Positions 1 to 6,448 of a stretch of DNA of 55,508 nucleotides are shown one piece after another. The notes under the pieces were generated by a model. It did no database searches. It had not been told where the DNA came from and saw only the letters and a list, made by a program, of their open reading frames with translations. The stretch's first letter is position 1; the number at the start of each line of letters is the position of its first letter. The stretch is from a virus (Duplodnaviria > Caudoviricetes), in the IMG/VR virus record IMGVR_UViG_3300050343_000179, positions 1-55,508 of that record. One strand, written 5' to 3'. The translations under genes and the position numbers were made by a program.

Positions 1-11
1 ATCGAATGACC
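1..11. repeat. 11-nt terminal direct repeat, probable cohesive end (cosN)
   Basis: ATCGAATGACC at 1-11 is identical to 55498-55508. It lies ~150 bp upstream of terS. Across the join the minus strand reads TGTGG-GGTCATTCGAT-GCACA, a TGTG/CACA dyad. Confidence 0.8.
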
Positions 12-32
12 CCACAAATGACGCACATTTAA

Positions 33-39
33 AGGACCC
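33..39 (-). other. cosQ-like packaging termination site
   Basis: Minus strand GGGTCCT is identical to lambda cosQ and lies 21 nt before the terminal repeat, a lambda-like spacing. Confidence 0.7.
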
Positions 40-250
40 ATTTTATTTGTATTATAAATAAATAGTAAGTGTTATTTAATACTAATAACAAAATGTAAGA
101 ATAGTTTGTATTAATCTATTTTCCCGAAAAATTGCAAAAAAATATTAATAGGATCAATCCTACGAATTTTTGAAAATATATTTTAATAAAAATATTGACT
201 AAATATTTTAATATATAGGAAAGTGTCGAAAATTGATGCCGCCATGGGCC

Positions 251-650
251 GCCTGTGCGCCTGCGTGCCGCCTGTGCGCCTGCGTGCCGCTGTAGGCGCC
301 TGCGTGCCGCCTGTGCGCCTGCGTGCCGCTGTAGGCGCCTGCGTGCCGCCTGTGCGCCTGCGTGCCGCCTGTGCGCCTGCGTGCCGCCTGTGCGCCTGCG
401 TGCCGCCTGTGCGCCTGCGTGCCGCCTGTGCGCCTGCGTGCCGCCTGTGCGCCTGCGTGCCGCTGTAGGCGCCTGCGTGCCGCCTGTGCGCCTGCGTGCC
501 GCCTGTGCGCCTGCGTGCCGCCTGTGCGCCTGCGTGCCGCCTGTGCGCCTGCGTGCCGCCTGTGCGCCTGCGTGCCGCCTGTGCGCCTGCGTGCCGCCTG
601 TGCGCCTGCGTGCCGCCTGTGCGCCTGCGTGCCGCCTGTGCGCCTGCGTG
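251..650. repeat. GC-rich tandem array, 21 units of 19-20 bp
   Basis: Unit GCCTGTGCGCCTGCGTGCC. The 20-bp variant GCTGTAGGCGCCTGCGTGCC occurs at 289, 328 and 462. The last unit is partial and there are no spacers. Confidence 0.97.
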
Positions 651-661
651 TGTGTCTGAGA

Positions 662-687
662 CCCTTAAACTAAGGGCCCGCAAGTCC
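662..687 (+). repeat. bipartite motif AAAC-N8-CGCAAGTCC, copy 1
   Basis: CCCTTAAAC-TAAGGGCC-CGCAAGTCC matches three copies at 2948-3029. Confidence 0.85.
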
Positions 688-723
688 TAGCCAAAAAAAA
701 TCACCCTCTCGGGTGATCTGTGA

Positions 724-969
724 TCAATCCTGATTTTCTGGCCAGTCTGCCGGAGATGGCAGAATTTTAAGTCTTGAGTATTGACCAGCCGTGATTGTAA
801 CGCCATCAAGCATTGCACGCCTAGCAGCGTAGTGGAGAGGCTTAGGCGGTGCCATGTAGCCAGCGTAACCCTCCGGCCAGAACTGGCAGGGGTGGCCGTC
901 TTGTAACCAAGCAAAGCCCCGTCTTGGGTTGCCGTTTGGGCAGTTCGTAGCCTTTAGATAAACAAGCAT
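724..969 (-). CDS. hypothetical protein, 81 aa
   Basis: ATG start after an AT-rich spacer, co-oriented with the upstream small genes. Confidence 0.6.
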   Translation of the reverse strand: MLVYLKATNCPNGNPRRGFAWLQDGHPCQFWPEGYAGYMAPPKPLHYAARRAMLDGVTITAGQYSRLKILPSPADWPENQD

Positions 970-1008
970 GATTGAAAAATTAAATGTGATTTAAGAAAAA
1001 AGTTAAAG

Positions 1009-1716
1009 TTAAACTGATTTCACATATTTAGCGCCTGACCCGTGAGCTTGAACATATATATCCGTCTTATCCCCGTCACATAAAGAACAGGTCAGACACT
1101 GCGCTTTGCTTCCTTCTACGGTTGCAGGACATTTTTTGATTCCTGCATACTCGATATTGGAAGGAACAACGCTAAAAGTTTTCCAGCCATGCGCGCTGGC
1201 GTCCAGGTAATCTTGCATCCCGTCACAGCTAGCTTGCATGGAACCTTTCGCCCACTGCGCCCAATCTTCTCGCCATTGGTGCGTATAGGCTGTGTGACCT
1301 GCAGCTGCGCCATTCACAGCGTTAAAGATAATTGGATTAATGATCGCAGGATCGCCATAGGCTCCCCACCTAATCTTGACCTTTGACAGGTACTTTTTAC
1401 CTTGCTCAACCGTTAGATCTGTTTCGTACTTACCAGCCTTGAACGCACGCCAGACACTCAACGGAGCTTGCCCCACGTTGACATAGCAAGAGCGGGAACC
1501 GTCTTCCTGCTTCCTGTGTCCACAGTTTCCACAGATCGAAACGTCAGCCCCGATCTGAACAGCCTCAACAGGGTTTAAATCACTTCTCAGGATCCACACC
1601 TGAGCCATATTGCCGGTCTTCCTGTTGCTTGATTTCAGCGTCAAGATCACCACGTAAGGTGATCCGTCAATGGGGCTTAACCCTTGGTCAATGATAAAGC
1701 CGAGAGGTTTTGACAT
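1009..1716 (-). CDS. Cys-rich conserved phage protein (recalls GP88/DUF7227-like families), possibly metal/Fe-S binding
   Basis: 235 aa with SNRKTG, CGNC-x11-CYV, RWGAYGDP, YTHQW and a C-terminal CPA...CLTCSLC. Confidence 0.7.
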   Translation of the reverse strand: MSKPLGFIIDQGLSPIDGSPYVVILTLKSSNRKTGNMAQVWILRSDLNPVEAVQIGADVSICGNCGHRKQEDGSRSCYVNVGQAPLSVWRAFKAGKYETDLTVEQGKKYLSKVKIRWGAYGDPAIINPIIFNAVNGAAAGHTAYTHQWREDWAQWAKGSMQASCDGMQDYLDASAHGWKTFSVVPSNIEYAGIKKCPATVEGSKAQCLTCSLCDGDKTDIYVQAHGSGAKYVKSV

Positions 1717-1749
1717 TTTTTTTAGTAAGTAAGTTTTTTAAAAAAAGAA

Positions 1750-1952
1750 TTAAGAAAGATCGGAGAGAAAATGGCCGTGAATTAAAATTTTAATTTTGGC
1801 CGCCAAGATTTCGTCGGCAGGGTCAATAGAACAGGTTTCGTCTAAAAGATCTCCTAGGCGTAAAAGTTCTGGCCTAGTGAGTTTTGTAAAATTTTTAATA
1901 GTTAAGTTTTTAAAAATTTTTTGCTGAGCATGAGCAATCTTGGGTCTGACAT
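1750..1952 (-). other. frameshifted small gene (possible -1 slippage, pseudogene or sequence error)
   Basis: The ATG at 1952 gives 16 codons. The -1 frame is open to TAA at 1750, and a T-TTA-AAA heptamer precedes the 0-frame stop. Confidence 0.45.
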
Positions 1953-1993
1953 TTTTTTAGAATTGATTAATTAATTTTTTTAGGGTGAGAATC

Positions 1994-2194
1994 CTAAGGG
2001 CGCTGAGAGGCCCCTACAGCGCCTCCTGCAGCGCCTAAGACGGTTAAGGCTAGGGAAGCTTGGATGAACTGCCCTAGGCCCTTCCTAGCCTCCACAGTGT
2101 TCACTGGGAGAATCACAGCAGAAACGAGGGCAAGGTGGCACAGAATGACGCCAGTGGCTGCAGCACCAAAGCCGAAAAATTTTAAAGTTGACAT
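1994..2194 (-). CDS. small membrane protein, 66 aa
   Basis: Two hydrophobic segments; has the shared poly-A leader. Confidence 0.65.
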   Translation of the reverse strand: MSTLKFFGFGAAATGVILCHLALVSAVILPVNTVEARKGLGQFIQASLALTVLGAAGGAVGASQRP

Positions 2195-2229
2195 TTTTTT
2201 AAAAAATAGAGTTTGCAGAAAAAATTAAA

Positions 2230-2415
2230 TTAAGCGAAGGACCAGCGACGGGCCGTGGTAGGGCTGACGCCGTAACGCTGTCCAATTGCCTTCCATGTAG
2301 CACCATTGCGCTTTAAGCGGTTAATGCGTGTTGAGCGTGATTCTGTGACGTAGAGAAGAATCACTAGGGGGAGCGTGATCAGTAGAAGGAGAGAAGCGAA
2401 AAAAAGAGAAGTCAT
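2230..2415 (-). CDS. membrane-anchored helix-turn-helix protein, 61 aa
   Basis: N-terminal TM segment, then GATWKAIGQRYGVSPTTARRW, an HTH pattern. Confidence 0.75.
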   Translation of the reverse strand: MTSLFFASLLLLITLPLVILLYVTESRSTRINRLKRNGATWKAIGQRYGVSPTTARRWSFA

Positions 2416-2613
2416 TTGAAAAGAGATTTTTTAAACGTGAGTGTTTCGCTCACTCCCCAACAATAACAGATTTTTTTGCAGTGGAGTCTAAGACCATCCT
2501 TATAGGGTCAGATATAAAATTGTCCATACCCCACAACGCAGTCGTGGTCTGAGAATTTGCGGGAACCTAGAAAATGCCGAACGGCAAAATAAAAAACGAA
2601 ATGTTCGCCATGA

Positions 2614-2675
2614 ACATTTTTGCATTCGGATCGCAAAGTGTTCAGCGTGGACATTTTTGCATTCGGATCGCAAAG
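2614..2675. repeat. two 25-bp direct repeats with hairpin potential
   Basis: ACATTTTTGCATTCGGATCGCAAAG at 2614-2638 and 2651-2675. Confidence 0.9.
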
Positions 2676-2878
2676 CGTTCGATAATGAGAATCATTCTCA
2701 TGCATCCGAGTTGGTGTAAACAATTGCGCGAAAAAATGCGATTAGCAGCGAATAGAATTGCTGTGCAATTTTTTCTAGTTGTTTCTCGTAAACGAGAAAT
2801 ATCAAATTAATTGTTTATATTTAGTGATTTTGATTGTGTTACTTAGTGGCGTAATTTAAATCGTTAAATGTTACAAAT

Positions 2879-2908
2879 AGTACAGATGTACTATAGTACA
2901 TGTGTATC
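2879..2908. promoter_or_regulatory. cyanobacterial LexA (SOS) box plus a degenerate second box
   Basis: AGTACAGATGTACT (2879-2892) fits the cyanobacterial consensus AGTACWNWTGTACT. AGTACATGTGTATC follows at 2895-2908. Confidence 0.65.
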
Positions 2909-2947
2909 AGTAAAAAAGTATTTTCAAAATCGTGTGTGTGAAAAAGC

Positions 2948-3029
2948 CCCTTAAACCGAACCCTCGCAAGTCCCCCACCTAAAACCGACCCCTCGCAAGT
3001 CCTCGCTTAAACCCAAACCCCGCAAGTCC
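2948..3029 (+). repeat. three tandem copies of bipartite motif AAAC-N8-CGCAAGTCC
   Basis: Copies at 2948-2973, 2978-3002 and 3005-3029. Confidence 0.9.
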
Positions 3030-3033
3030 CCGG

Positions 3034-3804
3034 TCAAAATCCAGTTGCAATTGCTTTGCCCAGTGCTTCGCCAAACCTTCTGTTTAGATTTTTATTAGCA
3101 GCTGTCTTTCCAACTTCTTGGAACTTAAATACAGAAGGCAGCACAGGCGGCCTATTTGAAATACTGAAAAGCAAAGCCTCATTGTTTTCAAAAGCTTTGG
3201 GAGTGTTGAAGTAAATTCCAGGCTGCAACCCCCCATACTTCATTGATTCAGAAAGCTGAGTGGAAATCATCCTGTACTTAGACCTGCGACCAGACTTGAT
3301 GATTTGCTTCACAGAAAGGTCGTTAGAGCTTCTGGCTGCCCTGTAAGCTTGCTGGTCAGAAAGAATGTCTGAATACATAGAGGGCCTAACATTGCCGTAT
3401 TTGTTGGTCTTCAGGAAATCAGACTGAGTAGGAATAGCGAACTGGCCAGCCCTGAGTACACCTTTGGCTCGCAAGGATTTCTGGAATCGGGTTGCGTATG
3501 CGTTTCCACCCTTAATTACAGGCAAAAGGTAATCAGCCGGAGCATTGCCTTTAGCACCATCATCACTAATCTCGAGCCTTACCGAAAGGTCTTTTTTTGT
3601 GCTGTACTTCTTTATTTTTACACTATTAAGAGTGAAGGGTACAGGATTATTAAAAACCTTCTTCATCTCCTCTTTTTCAGCATCTCTTACATCCTTGGCA
3701 ATAGCGTTAAGAGCCAAAGACGTAGCAAAAGGCACCTGGACAAGCTTTAGTGCGTCCAGGCGCTTAATAAGCGGATTTATATCAAGTGAAACAGTGCCAG
3801 CCAT
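3034..3804 (-). CDS. putative tail completion/neck protein (lambda gpZ-like)
   Basis: Basic 256-aa protein. QVPFATSLALN...VFNNPVPFTLNS is typical of this family in GpA-terminase phages. Confidence 0.55.
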   Translation of the reverse strand: MAGTVSLDINPLIKRLDALKLVQVPFATSLALNAIAKDVRDAEKEEMKKVFNNPVPFTLNSVKIKKYSTKKDLSVRLEISDDGAKGNAPADYLLPVIKGGNAYATRFQKSLRAKGVLRAGQFAIPTQSDFLKTNKYGNVRPSMYSDILSDQQAYRAARSSNDLSVKQIIKSGRRSKYRMISTQLSESMKYGGLQPGIYFNTPKAFENNEALLFSISNRPPVLPSVFKFQEVGKTAANKNLNRRFGEALGKAIATGF

Positions 3805-3813
3805 GCAACAAGG

Positions 3814-4050
3814 CTAGCAGTCGTGAATTGGCCCAGGTGCTCCCATTGCTTCAGCCTCTAGCTGTTGGATGTCCATGAAAGTGTCAGCCGCTTTTTTCCT
3901 GATAGCAGCTCGCAGCTCATTGGCCTTCTTTTCAACGAGGTGCATACTGCTACAAAAACCAGTAAGGCAAATCGAATCCTCGCATACGCGAACGTTCAAC
4001 CCAAGCCCGTCCTCAGTGTTGGCAATTTCAATGCTCATGCTTCTCTCCAT
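3814..4050 (-). CDS. hypothetical protein
   Basis: Co-oriented, tightly packed ORF. True start may be the ATG at 4038. Confidence 0.65.
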   Translation of the reverse strand: MERSMSIEIANTEDGLGLNVRVCEDSICLTGFCSSMHLVEKKANELRAAIRKKAADTFMDIQQLEAEAMGAPGPIHDC

Positions 4051-4195
4051 ACTGCTGAAACAACCCGGTGTAACAACCCCTGAACGGGTGATCAGGTTGA
4101 TCCCTGCCGTCTAACTCGTACAAAACATCGAGGTAAACGGTTCTCATGTACTGCTCATGCGCTGCAGCACCAGCTTCTGATTTGAATCCTGTCAT
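4028..4195 (-). CDS. hypothetical protein, 55 aa (not in ORF track)
   Basis: Hand translation MTGFKSEAG...LDGRDQPDHPFRGCYTGLFQQYGEKHEH. Fills the gap in the operon. Confidence 0.7.
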   Translation of the reverse strand: MTGFKSEAGAAAHEQYMRTVYLDVLYELDGRDQPDHPFRGCYTGLFQQYGEKHEH

Positions 4196-4204
4196 GGCTT
4201 GAAT

Positions 4205-4450
4205 CTAACGAGTCCTCAGGCAATATCCCTTAGCCCGATACCAGCCAACAGGGCATGTGTCGAACGCAGGGTTTGGCAGCGTATCTCGAATTTGAACAGC
4301 GCCAGGCGAAACCACACAGTATCCACCGTTTTGCCAGTACCCAAGCGGACAGCTATCGCCGATGCGCTGGATGGGTGGTCCCGTAACCACGGCTAGAAGG
4401 AAAAATAAGGGCATGTTCATGAAGAGTAATAGAAACAAAAAGGGTGACAA
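4205..4450 (-). CDS. small exported Cys-repeat protein
   Basis: Hydrophobic N-terminus and two CPxG(Y/W)...GYC repeats. Confidence 0.7.
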   Translation of the reverse strand: MSPFLFLLLFMNMPLFFLLAVVTGPPIQRIGDSCPLGYWQNGGYCVVSPGAVQIRDTLPNPAFDTCPVGWYRAKGYCLRTR

Positions 4451-4525
4451 TTAGAAAAGGAACAATACGACCAAGACAAGCCACAAGCAAAAGCCAGATA
4501 CAAGAAAATTAATAGTGAGTGTCAT
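4451..4525 (-). CDS. 24-aa hydrophobic peptide (not in ORF track)
   Basis: MTLTINFLVSGFCLWLVLVVLFLF; ATGA overlap with the kinase stop codon. Confidence 0.4.
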   Translation of the reverse strand: MTLTINFLVSGFCLWLVLVVLFLF

Positions 4526-5052
4526 TCGATCAGGCCAGTGACTACTTCCCGGAGGTGCCCAAAAGTTCCGCTGTTGCGAACCACCGCATCAGGCAAAACA
4601 TCAAACAGCGCCCCTTCACTAGCGTGGCTACCCTCATAAACCACTCCAGGTCGATCTATTAGCCAAAGCTCTCCGCCAAGCCTGCGAATCATCTCGGCCT
4701 CGTTTGGAAACCGCACATCGTCGATGACAACATTCCGCCCACGCTTCAGCTGCTTCTCTACAGCCCCTGCGGCAACCATGATCCAAAGATCAGGATGAAC
4801 GCAAGACCGGCCCCACTCAGTCCCCAGCGTTTGCATCATCTGACGAGGAGAGACCCCAATCTCAACAATTTTGTCTTCCTTCTTGTCCTTAAGGCAGGCG
4901 AGACCGTTGTATCCAAGAGACGAAAGGATCTGTGCCGAAAACTTCCGCAATGGATCAGCAAAAGATAACCTTTTGTAACTCCGAAGCATTCCCGCAACAG
5001 TGGACTTCCCGGAGCCGGGAGCGTGACTATAAAGGCCGATTAATCTTGTCAT
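4522..5052 (-). CDS. deoxynucleoside monophosphate kinase (T4 gp1-like)
   Basis: P-loop PGSGKST, SFADPLR, PRQMMQTLGTEWGR, IDDVRFPNE and HASE motifs. Confidence 0.92.
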   Translation of the reverse strand: MTRLIGLYSHAPGSGKSTVAGMLRSYKRLSFADPLRKFSAQILSSLGYNGLACLKDKKEDKIVEIGVSPRQMMQTLGTEWGRSCVHPDLWIMVAAGAVEKQLKRGRNVVIDDVRFPNEAEMIRRLGGELWLIDRPGVVYEGSHASEGALFDVLPDAVVRNSGTFGHLREVVTGLIE

Positions 5053-5156
5053 TGATTTTGTTGATTAGTTGTTTTTTAGTGTTATGAAACCAAGTGCCAA
5101 ATGTGTAGCCAGACACCCACGCAATAACAGCCATGCAGCTGATGGTTCCAGCAATC

Positions 5157-5357
5157 TCACGAATCACTAGAGAGTCGCTGTCGCTTGTAACCCATTGAGC
5201 GAAGCTTTTGAATCTTCTTTTCAGCTTCAGTAGATTCAACATATCTTCCAGGGGTGAGTGCGACTCGTCCTTGTCCTGAGATTTCAAACCAGCTTCCTCC
5301 TGCGTTTTCAATAAAGATTGCGAAGGCATCGGACTTTTTGAGATGTACTGTTTGCAT
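5157..5357 (-). CDS. hypothetical protein, 66 aa
   Basis: ATG begins 5 nt after the upstream stop codon. Confidence 0.6.
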   Translation of the reverse strand: MQTVHLKKSDAFAIFIENAGGSWFEISGQGRVALTPGRYVESTEAEKKIQKLRSMGYKRQRLSSDS

Positions 5358-5362
5358 GTTTT

Positions 5363-5620
5363 TTAATTGGGTTTTTCCCCATCTGGGGCATGAAATAAGC
5401 GTTCCAGCATCAAAGAGTCTGGATCTGTGTAGTTTTCATCGTCAGGGGTGTTCCTGTCGACAAAGGCCATTGCGACCGGATCTTCAATAGATCCCGCCAT
5501 GATGACCTGATCAAGATCAACGTCCTTAAAGGCAAGAAGGGATATGTTGTTGGATCTGACAAGAATCCCGATAGCGAATCGCTCCCAAAATCTGGTGTAC
5601 CAGCGCATTAGAGAGCCCAT
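5363..5620 (-). CDS. hypothetical protein, 85 aa
   Basis: TGATG coupling to the upstream gene. Confidence 0.7.
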   Translation of the reverse strand: MGSLMRWYTRFWERFAIGILVRSNNISLLAFKDVDLDQVIMAGSIEDPVAMAFVDRNTPDDENYTDPDSLMLERLFHAPDGEKPN

Positions 5621-6201
5621 CAGTTCATAGCAAAAGCGTAACTATCAAGGCTGCTGGAACTAGCCAGGCGAACGATGATCCCATCGGTTGGAAGCTCTGA
5701 CCTGCCAAAGCATCCAGCCTTCCAACGCCGATGACACCACTCAATCTCGGAGAAGCTTGAGCAACAAACAGCGGTTGCAACGTCAAAGCCAAGGAAGGCA
5801 AGGCGATCTAAAGTAAGGAATCGATCTCCATCAGCACCGACAAGCGTGTCAGCGATGAAATGATCGTCGCCAGAGAGCGTGCCTTCAACGTGGATCGTCA
5901 AGGGCTGCTGTAAGCGCTTGGGGAGAGCTGCACGCCCTACTTGAAGAAGATCATCTCCTGAGAGGCCCCTACAAGCCTCCAGGCGGCCATAAAAGTAATA
6001 GGCGGAGCATCTAGTGCCTGTGAAGGCTTCGGACACGCACAGAGCCTCTTGGAGGCTGCTAGCGATCAAACGGCTCTCGGCGGAATACCTGTCCAAAAAC
6101 TCTGGACTTGGCGAAGGAAGCCGAATCTCCGCTGGTGGACTTGAAGGCATTGTTAAACGCAATCTTGTTTGCATTGCAAGAGTAGCTGCTAAACGCACCA
6201 T
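5620..6201 (-). CDS. degenerate NAD-dependent DNA ligase adenylation-domain protein
   Basis: LPTDGIIVR (motif IV), IHVEGTL (motif III-like) and GRLEACRGLSGDDL. Motif I KxDG is replaced by AFTG. No OB, HhH or BRCT domains. Confidence 0.65.
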   Translation of the reverse strand: MVRLAATLAMQTRLRLTMPSSPPAEIRLPSPSPEFLDRYSAESRLIASSLQEALCVSEAFTGTRCSAYYFYGRLEACRGLSGDDLLQVGRAALPKRLQQPLTIHVEGTLSGDDHFIADTLVGADGDRFLTLDRLAFLGFDVATAVCCSSFSEIEWCHRRWKAGCFGRSELPTDGIIVRLASSSSLDSYAFAMN

Positions 6202-6202
6202 G

Positions 6203-6400
6203 TCAACATCCGGCGCTGATATTCCTGGCTGCCTCCTTAGCCAACCAGTTAGCTCCAGCTTTTGTGGTGCAGTACAGGCGGCTGAGACTATCGACCACGA
6301 CTAGCAACTCTTCACGGCTCATCCCCTGTGACTGCCTCCTAAGCCGCTCCATGAAGAACTCGGTCTGCTGGCATGGCTCGATCATGGAATGCGGCTCCAA
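6203..6400 (-). CDS. nblA: NblA-like phycobilisome degradation adaptor
   Basis: 65-aa two-helix protein, QTEFFMERLRRQSQGMSREEL, resembling the NblA pattern EQQF...RQQV..ISREDL. Confidence 0.55.
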   Translation of the reverse strand: MEPHSMIEPCQQTEFFMERLRRQSQGMSREELLVVVDSLSRLYCTTKAGANWLAKEAARNISAGC

Positions 6401-6448
6401 ATGCGCCTAAGGCTTCGACAAGGTTAGCTGGAAGGCTCTTTTCAGACA

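Noticed and set aside
251-650. CRISPR array
   Set aside because: Units are contiguous with no unique spacers, and there are no cas genes.
183-690. Five overlapping ORFs across the tandem array
   Set aside because: The 19-bp unit has no stop codons, so frames are open by default. The products are low-complexity with no credible start.
2508-2810. ORFs 2508-2723 (-) and 2574-2810 (+)
   Set aside because: They overlap each other across DNA repeats and show no protein-like features. The region is better read as regulatory.
2869-2884. NtcA-like TGT-N10-ACA site
   Set aside because: It lacks the GTA-N8-TAC core and is better explained by the overlapping LexA box.
5027-5329. 100-aa ORF as listed
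   Set aside because: Its 5' half overlaps the better-placed 5157-5357 gene. Only the hydrophobic 3' part may be a real short gene, with an uncertain start.
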